A stretch of 64,000 bases of DNA, from contig JBHGNT010000004.1 in NCBI GenBank assembly GCA_043228905.1, forward strand, positions 22,754,001 to 22,818,000. Reading direction: 5' to 3'. Source of the stretch: Azolla caroliniana (Eukaryota > Plantae > Polypodiophyta). The first letter of the stretch is position 1, and the number at the start of each line of letters is the position of its first letter. A program made the translations under genes and the position numbers. This document shows, piece by piece, positions 52,826 through 64,000 of the stretch. A model generated the notes under the pieces. It was not told the DNA's origin and did not search any database. It saw nothing but the letters and a program-made list of their open reading frames with translations.

Positions 52826-54301
52826 TCAGCATATACATAGCTTCTCTTTAGAGCTCTTGTTATCCTTTCTCCAAGAGAACAACTTCCCAAGTCTAAACAC
52901 TCTACATTTAGATGTAGTTCCTCTAAAGATAGCCATATTTAGCACGGGAGAAACTCTGATAGGATACAATCTCTTAGCCCTCAAGCTTTCCCTACAAACC
53001 TTCTTTTCAACTCCTCTCCTTATCCTAGGGCCCTCCCAAGGCATCATATTCTCTTCCTCACTGGTTGTATATATCTTCTTGGGTGTCCATCTTATGTTGT
53101 TGTTATTGCAAGGTGGGCTAGATGAATTCACAATGCTTCTAGGCGGAGACGAATTGATGATGCATTTGGCCTTCTTATCTACTAGCCTAGATGACTTGCT
53201 CCTAGAGAAGGGCCAAAAGGACCTTGGGGGATGAATGGGCATTCTCCATGACTTTGATGAGGCAAATGTTATTGTCGCGGACTCGAGATTGGGCTTAACA
53301 AAGTGCATGATGATGTTTGAAGAGTATTGGGAAGGACTTAACAGCCTTTGAGGGGATGAACAAGGGGAATTCTCAACACTTGGGCTCAATTTGAAGCCTT
53401 TCTTTGATGATGATGATGATGATGAAGGTAATGAGCAAGAATGCTTGGACATGTCCAAGCTCAGATGCCTAGCCAAGGGTGCTCTTTCTTGGGTTTTTGG
53501 CTTCATGTTAACATGAGATTCATGCACACCTTGGCTCAGAAAAGATGAGGGAGCAGAAGATGGCAGTGACCATGTCCTTTGATGAGACCCCAGAGGAATG
53601 AGCTTCCCATTGGAGAAAAGCTCATCAGCAGGCAACATGGAGAGACGATTGGATGAGGATGAGGATGACCCCCCAAGATCGATGTAGCTCAGAGCTTCAT
53701 GATTGTTAGAGAACTCAAAATCTTCACTTTCATCTTCTTCAGGGTCTCCTCTCCATTCCCTGCGTCCTTCTTCACATGCTCTCACATGGTTCCCTGTGAG
53801 GTGAGGATGGTGTTGATCCTCGTGCTTGGAGGTGACACCTTCTACAGAGAAGGAGATACGAGGGCATAACAGAGCGAGGTCCGTGTTTTTATGACACGCA
53901 TCAGGAAAGAAGCTTCTTGAGCTTCCATGGCCCACATCATGAGAATGATCTACCAAGCCATCATCATGATCATCATTATCAATGTGTAGTATCAAGAGAG
54001 AATGTGGTATTACTCCATCGCCCACATCAGAGCAATGCTGTATTGACTGATTGGCCACATCAGATGAATGTGGCATTAAGCAAGAACATGATCTCATAGG
54101 ATTGCCCACCATACTCGAGAAACTCTCTTCTGTAGAGAAATATGCCCTATCATCATCATCCGCAGACGAATGTGGCGTACAGAGAGAATGCCCTGTTGAG
54201 TCATTATCGCCCACATTAGAAGGACGTGATGTAAAGCAAAGACGCGGTATGAGACCATCGCCCACATCGTAGAAATGATCGTCTGTCAAACCATCGCCCA
54301 T
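52826..54301 (-). CDS. Intronless 491-aa Ser-rich protein with DFEF...ADELFSNGKLIPL and C-terminal VSPVLN motifs (uncharacterised family related to membrane-associated kinase regulators)
   Basis: Long uninterrupted ORF in an AT-rich background. EDFEF, MLPADELFSNGKLIPL, FWPFSRSKS and IRVSPVLNM are motifs typical of plant MAKR/BKI1-related disordered proteins. Basic C-terminus. Confidence 0.72.
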   Translation of the reverse strand: MGDGLTDDHFYDVGDGLIPRLCFTSRPSNVGDNDSTGHSLCTPHSSADDDDRAYFSTEESFSSMVGNPMRSCSCLMPHSSDVANQSIQHCSDVGDGVIPHSLLILHIDNDDHDDGLVDHSHDVGHGSSRSFFPDACHKNTDLALLCPRISFSVEGVTSKHEDQHHPHLTGNHVRACEEGRREWRGDPEEDESEDFEFSNNHEALSYIDLGGSSSSSSNRLSMLPADELFSNGKLIPLGSHQRTWSLPSSAPSSFLSQGVHESHVNMKPKTQERAPLARHLSLDMSKHSCSLPSSSSSSSKKGFKLSPSVENSPCSSPQRLLSPSQYSSNIIMHFVKPNLESATITFASSKSWRMPIHPPRSFWPFSRSKSSRLVDKKAKCIINSSPPRSIVNSSSPPCNNNNIRWTPKKIYTTSEEENMMPWEGPRIRRGVEKKVCRESLRAKRLYPIRVSPVLNMAIFRGTTSKCRVFRLGKLFSWRKDNKSSKEKLCIC

Positions 54302-54433
54302 ATCAGGGGAGCTGATGAAGAAGAGAGCAAAAGGGTATAGAAGATACAGGAGAAGGAGAAGATTTCAAGGGGTTTATGTGTACAAATAATCAGAAACAGG
54401 AAGAAGAAAGAAGAAGAAGAAGAACTATGACCG

Positions 54434-54570
54434 CATATACATATACATATATATGTATAATGTATATATACTATAGACATGCATACATACATATATATGT
54501 ATGTATATATATTATATACTATAGACATGCATGCATACATATACATACATACATATATGTATGTAGATAG
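54434..54570. repeat. TA/CA-rich low-complexity tract upstream of the 491-aa gene
   Basis: catatacatatacatatatatgtata... with a duplicated tatactatagacatgcat unit. Confidence 0.8.
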
Positions 54571-57500
54571 AGAGGCTACATGAGATCATCCACCTCATAA
54601 ATGAGTTTGCCTGTCAATAGCAAATGCTTTGTGATTTGATTGATTTGTATGTTTGTTAACCATGTGTGGCAACACATATTTTTGTGACTTGTACGTATGC
54701 GTCTTGCGATCGCCACTCGTAGCAAACACAGATGTAAAAAATCACTAAGATGTATGTTTGTTACCCATGTAAGAAGCGTTACGGATATCACATGTGAAGT
54801 CGACTGTCTTGCTTGTACCATACTACTATCTATAAATCTCTCTTGAAAACTCACCACTACCATCGAGGATTCCTCAGAGCCACCCACACTCAATCCCCTC
54901 GATTTAAACACGCCAATGACTCATTAATAGTAGCCAAGTGAGCAATCATCCACCCGTTGCTGGATTTGTACTCTGTTTTGGTACTATGCCTAGATATATT
55001 GTGTCGCATTAGGAGTGTGCAACCCCTTATATTCGTGTCGAGTGGCCGAGAGAACTTTGCATTTAGCTCTCTTTCAACTTTAATCTTTTGCCTTTACAAT
55101 GGTATGTCTTTCAAAAATCTCTTCCATGGACTTTAATCATTGGGTGTGTTATATTCAAAATTAGAGAGTATGTACATGAGTAGATGCAAAAGATGGGACA
55201 CAAAGTAAGTAGTATCAAAGTAGGAGGAATGAGATCAATGCCCATAAGAGGTAACAAGTTGTAGGTGAAGGTGTGTTTGTGCTACGTTTGTAAGAGTTGC
55301 CCAACAAGATATCCATGTCGATAGAGATGATGAAGGAGCCGATGCGAGAGGGCAAGAGATGGATACTTGTTCTACTTGTTAACATTGCATTGGTATTGTT
55401 TGAACTTTGAACCATTATATTATGGTGAAGGCAGGGGGAGGTGTTGAGATGAGAGTGAGGGTCCCTCACAAAGCTTGTTTTATTTGTTCCCAATGGTGGT
55501 GACAGGTGTTGAAAGTGAGGTTTAATGTTTATATGTTTAATTTTGAGAATTCAAGAATAAAATAAGGTTATATATCGAATTGTGGGGGATATCAAACATC
55601 TCTTCTTTGATGTATAAAGGCAATGCTTTGAGATTGCATGTCATGTTTTATTGGATGTTGAAATCAAGATATATGTGAGTTTCCACCATTATCAAAATAA
55701 TGCCCTCGTCGATTATTCTCCAGAAGCAAATCTTCCCATACTTTACATCATCAAGGCCATATAACCCCTCATTCCCCATCCCAATGTCATCTTATATTGT
55801 TCTATTCTCCACCTTAATGTTGTGTGTCAGAATCTTATTTTTGGATACGATGTACGTTGATGGTTATTGATATGTTGCTACAAAGGTTCATTTAAATTTG
55901 TATCAATACATATATAATTGGAGACAAACTCCACAATAACTTCATATATTCTATCAAAATGGGAATTTCATGAGATTCAATAAATGTAGTTTCGAAACAT
56001 GTAGCACATCTTGTACTTTATTAAAATAAGTCATCTCAACTTGGTCAACAATGCCTCTATTAGGTAAGTGATATGCGTATCTTTTGTATTTTCCATCATA
56101 TCTCCAATCAAACATAAGAATATGTAGAAGTCTCACATAAAACATTAATGAGTATATATCAGCATTATCACATCTTAAATCGTCTATAGTCAATTACATA
56201 AACATTGGAGATGGTAATACCTTGGAAAAAGGTCATGAGTGCCACACAACGTTAGTACATGACAAATGTTAAGTATCAACTACAACTTAACATGACACTA
56301 AACTCATCGTACAAGCCAATTTAAGCACAATTGTATTGCTCACACATGAAACGCCCTTGTCTTAACTCAAACATATCACATCAAAATTTCTTCTTCATAT
56401 ATATATGTGTGACCAAAATGCAAGGCAATGAGCACCCATAAATGAGCACAATCATAGCCATATATGGGGGGGGAAGGACATTTATTGCTTCCGGCTAAAA
56501 TCCATGGTGAACTTCACTTCATGTGTGATGATAATTCTATGATCATACACAATATGAATACGCTTGTGGCTCCTTATAGAGAGGGACAAATCAACTCGAC
56601 ACAATGATTTGTATTTCTTTATTAGCTACTTATTTACTTTGTTACAAGTTACAACTTACTATATGCACACATTTTGATTACTTTGAAAATTCTTTAGTAA
56701 AAATAATGTGTTCTTCAATAGACATGACACCCTATGATCATTCATGTACATGAATTTAGAGTTCAAACGTCATAACTCTTGCTTCTTTAGCCCAAGTGTG
56801 AAATATCAAACAATCACGAATATCCCCCTATTTCCAAAAAACTGTATTGTTGCACAAGAGCCGTGGAAAACAATAAATGTTTTGGCATCGATTTCAAGTT
56901 TGTGTAGATCCTCATTCTTCAACCTATGGCTAGCAAGTTCCTTAGACTATATTTCCTATGATTATAGGTGCTGTAAGATTGCATTCATGTGAAAATTATA
57001 TCTTGTAAGGATGTTATTCAAGTGATGCCACATTGATTTAAAGTGATCTAAATATTTGTAGTTCGTGAGATGTGTAAAGTGACAATAATGAAATACTTGG
57101 CATATACAAATTCGTAAAAGATGGTAGTAGGTGATTGTGGTAACTGCGTCACATATCAAACTTGCGTTTAATGTGTAATTATATTTATACTTTCAACTAA
57201 AAGCTAATATAAATTCCACAGTGCAATTAACCCTACATAACTCATTGAATCGCATGATTTTTTATCACAATAGCATGTAATGTGAAATAGTAACGATTAT
57301 GATTGGCATTCAGATGAATACATGCACAAAGGGATATATTGAAGTTATTGTGAGATGGAAGAATATAAAATACTTCGTTCAATCAAGAAAAAACGGGTAG
57401 TCGCATGTAATGAATTCCTTGTAATGTATATGCAATGAAGTAAAAGTTGCATTTTAATGTTTAAAGAAATGTTTAAAAATGTAACAAACTTTATGTGTGG

Positions 57501-60500
57501 TATGCGTAAATATCCGGTTATTATTGCAAAACGCTTCATGTGATGATGCATCATCCAATCAAACATATATCAACAAAACAATACAGAATGCAAATATTCC
57601 AATCAATTTATTGGCATCCAATCACCAACTTTGTATCCATATTACGAAACCATTTAAAGCAATTCACATGATTCAATTTATTATAGATGTGCCATGTAGA
57701 CAAGTCAAACATATCAACCTTCTACATTCCATGCGTTGTCACTTCTACAATGGTCATCATGCCTAGGTTATGAACATTTTTTTGTCTGCTCATTGAGAAC
57801 TCTTATGCTACAAATATAGAAATGACTAGCAACCTGAAGAAATAATTGCGCCTTTATAAACACTAAAAGGTCAGTAGAAAATGTAGAAGTCCTTTCATAA
57901 AAAGGTTTAAAACCTTCGTGTATAAAACCCTAGTTAGTGAGAAGGGTACTATTTAACACACGAGTTATGAGCTCGAGAATACTCAGCAAGGATGACATAA
58001 TGTTAACGACAATAAAGAATGATGGAAAAATGCACACTTTATGACAACGTGGTCAACCAAGAAGTGTGGAATAAAGAAATAAATAGTGCCACCACCCATA
58101 CATAAAAATGGCACATATTACACCTATCACAATCTTGATACCTATAGGCTATAACATAGTAGTTACAAATAATTATACTCATAATATTAAACACTTGTAC
58201 TCTTTTTAAACTAATCTATGGCACCATTTTGATGTGAAAATTTTCTTGTTCACATGAATGAGAGCGAGATAGAAGAAATCATTAGTCACTAAAACTCATA
58301 TTAAAGTAAAATATGGTGGATTCAATACAAGATTGATGTACAAACATGTTACATGTTCAGCATTTCAACATCAAAATGTATAACACAAAATCATATTGTG
58401 TGAATAAGGTGGAAAATTATTTTACGAATGAAATCTTCAACATATGCATCAATATAGCTTTATGTAAGTGTCAATCAAGTAGATGCATCAAGATAACTTA
58501 GTGTAAGTGTTAATCAAGTATTAGGTTCCGATGCATTGCAAATTATCACATCAACACATTCCTCTAAAGGTTGTAAAACAATTTACCTTTGCATAACAAT
58601 TGTTATTATAAAAGAACTTCACATTTATCGTTATAGCATTGAACTTGTGATTGTAAATCTGAGGTTTAATTCATCACAGCTTCACAATTGAACATCTGAT
58701 AACTTAAAGGTTTGAGGATATAGAAGAACATACACAATAAACATTTATGACACCAAATACAATTATCACATTGATTGGCTTGGATAATGCATGATAGGGC
58801 GATTGTTTGTTATGAGCCAATTATCTTATGCAAACACTTTGTTGTTCATATAATAACAAGCATGCCTTTAACTAATTACTTGATGTGAGATATCACATTA
58901 AGATTATGTAGATGAATTTGTTAGTTGAATGGATCGAATACATATGGCAATCTTGATCTTTAGAAAGGGAATAATATTAATAGTCTATTACTAATCAATA
59001 GACCAAAATAAAGTAAAAACAAGGTAAATAGATTGGATAGAAGAACCCATTCTACCCGACCACCCTCGAGCTATGATCTAAACATAGCCAACATAGCCAA
59101 CCTACCACTGACGTCCCATACCGTTGGATATTAGGATGACTAATACCTTGGAAGAGATTAACACGATCAAGGCCTAGCCCGCATGACCGGTGTCTAAGAC
59201 AACAACCTTTTGATGTAAAGCGCTTATGAGGGTAGCTAAGCCTCGTATTTATACCTCTTCCTATGCCCCTTGAATAGACGTGCCTTTCTAAAAAGACTCT
59301 CCATTAATTGGTTGTCAAGATCATGATAGTGCATGCACCCATTCATTCCTTCTATCCAATCACATTAGTCCCTTTCTAACATTAGTGAACATACCATTCA
59401 CTTATGTGATATATTAGTGGCCTACCCTCACCTACATTATGTGTACATAACAAATAATTTGACGCTTTGTGGAGATTATGATGACACATCTAAAGTGAAC
59501 CCAAAGTAGACCATGCAACGGCAATAAAATGTGGTTGTATGAGCACTTCGATGTTGCCCTCCAAATGTAGAAGATGAACCAACTTATTATTTCATGTGAT
59601 AGTGACATAAGTGTACTCATTTTGCATAACCTCCATTCTAGAATGATTATTGTCATGTTATTAATGTTCATTATAGTGGGTGGGTGATTACATTGTTCAA
59701 TCAAATGCTAATATGGGTTGTGATTGAACATGTCAATCATGAGAGGAGCCAATCCAAGGTGACAACACTTCCTCTTTAGGGCGATTTGGGTCGGCTAACT
59801 CTAACAACTAGTAAGTTAGCATCATGCAAGGAAGAAATGTGCACTATTACACTTACATAATTAGATTAGTTTAAATTGGGCGTCAAGTCACGCATGAAAC
59901 TAACTCATCATTATCAATAGAACCTATTTAATTAATTAATAGTTAACCACCAAGTTAACATTAAGCACAAAAGAGAGTGAGGGCTTCATGTAGTCAATTA
60001 CAAATGCCAACATAACTATAGATTCACCCTCTCTGTTTGACGATTGTTTGCATTATTTATACAAAAGCGGCGATGCAAGGAAGATCATTCATCCACCATC
60101 TTACCTATACCTTCATCCTCTACACTTCCTAAGCGGCCCATGAAAGAGCCTTGCATAAATATTTATTCTAATATTGAACCTTGATGCCTATTTTCCATTC
60201 CTTTTCTTATTCATAACCTTTGGTTCAATTCATTTGTATAATCTTTTATACAACTAACCTGCCGAACAAACAACATCACTACACTAGGATAATTGACATT
60301 GTGTGACAATGGCCCTGATAAGGTTGGTGGTTCTCGAGTAAAGTTGGGGATAATAATGTGGGTATAAAGATACTGATGGTAAAAAGCACAATTGTATAGT
60401 TCTAGGGGAAAAGAATGATTAAGATGATCAGATCAAGGTGATGTCACAAATACAAAGAAGAAGGCGAGGTTGGAGTAAAAGGGAATATTAGGGAAATGAG

Positions 60501-61559
60501 AGTGTAACTATGTAAAAGAGACAAATAAATGATGGGACTAAACTATGGGGATTTGAGGAGTAAACTAGGAACTAGAAAATAATAGCAACAGAAAAGAAAC
60601 AAATTAATGAAAACGAAAATGAAAAGAAACAATATAAGACACAAATAAAATAAGTAAATTGAACTAAAAGGACTACTTCAACGACCTTGAATTTGAACCT
60701 ATGACCTCGTTAGCAAGAATCATGGCCAACTCATGCAAGTAGAAATCAACTAATCATGCCTCATCTAAGTGGGGGTTGGAAGTTGAAATTGAACTCTAAT
60801 GGTCATTGTCGATGTCTTGGGTTTAACAAAAAAATCAGATCATGTTCAAGGTGGACACTTTGTATTGGAGTGTCATAAGGCAATTGTTTTGACTCCATCA
60901 AGGTATGCTCAACATACCCAAATTTCAGAGCACAAACAAAGTTGTTGTAGTAGGCTAGGTGTCCACTAAAGCAATGTCCTTGTGTCTATTTAGTTTTCAT
61001 GGAAGATAAAATAGCCCACTATGCGGCATCATGCTCTTGGTTATTAGTTGGGTATACATCAAGTTCCATGTAAGCAATACCGTAACCATTAACCAAGCTC
61101 TTTCTTCAATAGACTAATGGTATACATCATTGGTATACGCTAAAAATGTTAGTTTTTGCTATCAAAGAGCTCAGTTAATGGTCAAGGTATTGCTTACATG
61201 AAATATTACTTTATGTATATCATGGTGGCATCAAGTGTTGAATGCATGATGGCAACTTCTGTCTTCCTTTCAATGCCAGAAATGTTTCTTTATCGGGTTG
61301 GATGCCTTTGGCAATGCCTTTAAAACACTAAGACATTTTAGATGGGACGTTTTTTCAATACAATGATTGAGGAGGATTTCTGATATATTAAACCTATTTG
61401 GGTTGTTATGGCACAACTTTGGTCATCCGGAACTAATCATACATTGCCCCCTTTTTAGTAGGTTTTCACCTAGTGAACCAAAGGTTTAGCCTCCTCATCA
61501 TATAACGTAGTGTCTGCCTTAGGCGTTGGGGTCTATGGTATAAATGGATATCACAAATG

Positions 61560-62556
61560 GGTACGACAACAGCCTCGACAACCAGCACCGAGCAACACGG
61601 AAGTTTGCAAAGCGGTGGTTTGGGCCTTACGTGGTAACGAGCGCCAACGACAACAGGACGTATCACCTGGCGGAACTCGACGGTACGAGGATGGCGATAT
61701 CGGTAGCAGGGAAGCAGATCAAAGCGATCAAGAAGCGCCACGACGGCGAACCAGATCTAAGAGGCCTGGACAGCGACGACGAACAGTCCGAAACGGAGGA
61801 CGAACCGATGGACGAAGAACCGGAACTCGGACCGGTTTTCTCCAACTAGAGAGCAATTTTGGCGCATACCGGAGGATGCGCGATTAGGTGGGGGCGGATG
61901 TCGTGAAGAAAACCGTTCCTTAGCGCAATCGGTGCATAGAGCGCGTGAACTGGCTCTTCACGCGTGCGAGCCATTTAACGTATATAATAGGGAATTAGGT
62001 ACATAGGTATATCTGGGTAGTTAGATTCGGTAGGTAGGAAGTAAATGAGGGAGACGGCTCCCTTCTTGAAGCTATAAAAGAAAGGGAGACGCGGGGAGGA
62101 GGGGAGGAGGGGATCGCGCATTGAGGAGGACGAAGTGTTGTCGGACCGTAACCGAACGCTTCTCCTCTGTTTGTTCTCCATCGCTCTTCTCTACAGGTTT
62201 TCGGGAGGCTCGCGCTGCTTCGAGGAATGCCCGTGTGCTTCCGGCAACACCTCCATCCTTTTCCCCTTTCGTGCGCAGACGAACAGGCATCGACATCTGT
62301 TCGCCGGCTTGTTCGGTTGTAACCGCTCGCGTGCTCTGTTGTGTATTTGTTATTCGTTAATATACAAACTTTCGTGTCTCTTTGTCTCTGTGTCCATTCG
62401 TGTTTTCTACGTTGACGGGCCGTGTCCCTGTGTTTCTTTGCTCATACGTAACCGGTCGTCTCTCTCTTTCTCTTTCCCCTCCTATCACCTGCTCTTCGGT
62501 TCAAGACCTCGGTGGTCCCGCCTCGTTTCTCCACGCACGCGTGTAGTAACGCGACA
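61560..62556 (+). mobile_element. 5'-truncated Ty3/gypsy-type LTR element: integrase C-terminal fragment, PPT and 658-bp 3' LTR (61899-62556)
   Basis: YDNSLDNQH...RKFAKRWFGPYVV...YHLAELDGT (gypsy KLxxRWxGPY motif); PPT AGGTGGGGGCGGA; LTR termini TGTCG...CGACA; CpG-rich. Confidence 0.8.
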
Positions 62557-62579
62557 ACGCTTCTAGGTAAGCCACGCCA

Positions 62580-64000
62580 TGACATCGGAAGAGCCCATAT
62601 GTTTCCCACATGGAGGAGGGGAAAGCACAGTTGATTACCTAATAGGATGCCCTGAAGCTACCCACATGATTAACTCCTTATGGGTGGCCCCATGCCCTAT
62701 TGGTGCAGACCATAGCTTCCTATACTTTGAGCTAAAATGCGACACCGCCAATGCCACCGACTCTAGTCAACCAAACTATCACATCACAATAGATTTCAAG
62801 CATGAGCTCTCTGACATCTAATCCTGACATGTTTAAGCCCAATCCTCCTCTCTTGATTCTTCCTTGCCTCTCGAGAACCTCACTACAGAACTCACACACA
62901 TCCTTCACTTTGCAACAATTAGTAGCTTCCCATACATGAAACACTCCAATCAAAGTAGATCAATGCCACCGACTCTAGTCAACCAAACTATAACACCACA
63001 ATAGATTTCAAGCATGAGCTCTTTGACATCTAATCCTAACATGTTCAAGCCCATTCCTCCTCTCTTGATTCTTCCCTGCCTCTAGAGAACCTCACTACAG
63101 AACTCACACACATCCTTCACTCATCAGCAATTAGTAGCTTCCCATACATGAAACACTCCAATCAAAGTAGAATATGGTCTATGACACAGAATATGTGGTA
63201 TGATTAGGATTGCAGAGACTTGTATAGACAACTTAAAGTATTGCGACTTAGTGGTACTATTTCCTCAGTACAAGCTCACAAAGAGATGTGCACAATGACA
63301 TGTCGTAAAAGACAAGCTTGGGAAGCATCTATTGGGAACTCTACCACATGCTCATGAGTAGGGATTGCGCTCTTGCATGGAAGAGAGTAAGGGAACTGAG
63401 ACCACAAACACCCATCGAGGATTCCAACACTTGGCACACATACAGAGAGACTCTACCACATCCCGAACCAACCACCCATTCCCACGCCTTGCACACCTCG
63501 ACCTACCATGGGGACACTTTTCACGACCTATAGGGTCACAAAGGTCATAAAAAAATTACAACATAGGAAGTCCATGGACCACACAGGATTGCAAGCCGAA
63601 CACATTATATATGCTCGAGAGTGCCTAGCTCCATTTCTCACTCTAATCTTCAACCGTGACCTCGTTAAGGGTTTTCCACCACAATGGACCATGAACACAA
63701 TGACCCCTATACATAAAGGAGGGGACCCAATGAACCCAAATACATATAGGACCATTATGATAGGTCATACGCTCGCTAAATTATATGGTGCAGTAATGGA
63801 AGCAGAGATTAGCGATTATATGGAAACCTTAAGTCTTTGAGCACCTGAGCAGGCTGGCTTTAGACGAGCCTTCTCCACTATTGACCATATCTTCACACTT
63901 AGATTCTTAATTGACCAGACAAAGGCTCACAAGAAGAAACTATATTGTTTCTTGGTGGACTTCCGCAAAGCCTTTGACACAATTCCTAGGGAGCAATTGT
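62580..64000 (+). mobile_element. Decayed LINE (endonuclease end and RT), running off the window end; contains a 212-bp tandem duplication (62749 and 62961)
   Basis: GESTVDYLI...GADHSFL (APE C-terminus); PIHKGGDPMNPNTYRTIMIGHTLAKLYG, EQAGFRRAFSTIDHIFTLR, VDFRKAFDTIPR (RT). In-frame stops present. Confidence 0.88.

Noticed and set aside
55000-61400. Short ORFs and faint TE-like patches
   Set aside because: No recognisable motifs, termini or splice-consistent gene structure. Treated as decayed intergenic DNA.

Overview
Eukaryotic land-plant nuclear DNA: AT-rich, GT-AG introns, plant gene families. The species cannot be determined from sequence alone. Six protein-coding genes were reconstructed by hand: a BOBBER/NudC chaperone (-), a catalytically intact DRM-type de novo DNA methyltransferase with three UBA modules (+), an IRX7/FRA8-like GT47 glycosyltransferase (-), DIM1/YLS8 (-), an NDC1-like nucleoporin (+) and an intronless 491-aa 'ADELF' motif protein (-). 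Between them lie a gag-deleted Ty1/copia element with both LTRs, PBS and 5-bp TSD, five copies of one hAT-type MITE (one nested in another), a Ty3/gypsy 3' fragment with LTR abutting a decayed LINE, and many local tandem duplications. The most interesting locus is the DRM gene. The copia 3' LTR ends 34 bp before its ATG, and its last ~50 bp retain CG/CHG sites that the sister LTR lacks. The last intron holds a 183-bp tandem array that repeats the 3' splice-site region, creating decoy acceptors that lead to stops just before the catalytic exon. Together these suggest a candidate methylation-sensitive autoregulatory arrangement; this is a hypothesis, not demonstrated. No CRISPR, rRNA or tRNA genes were recognised.
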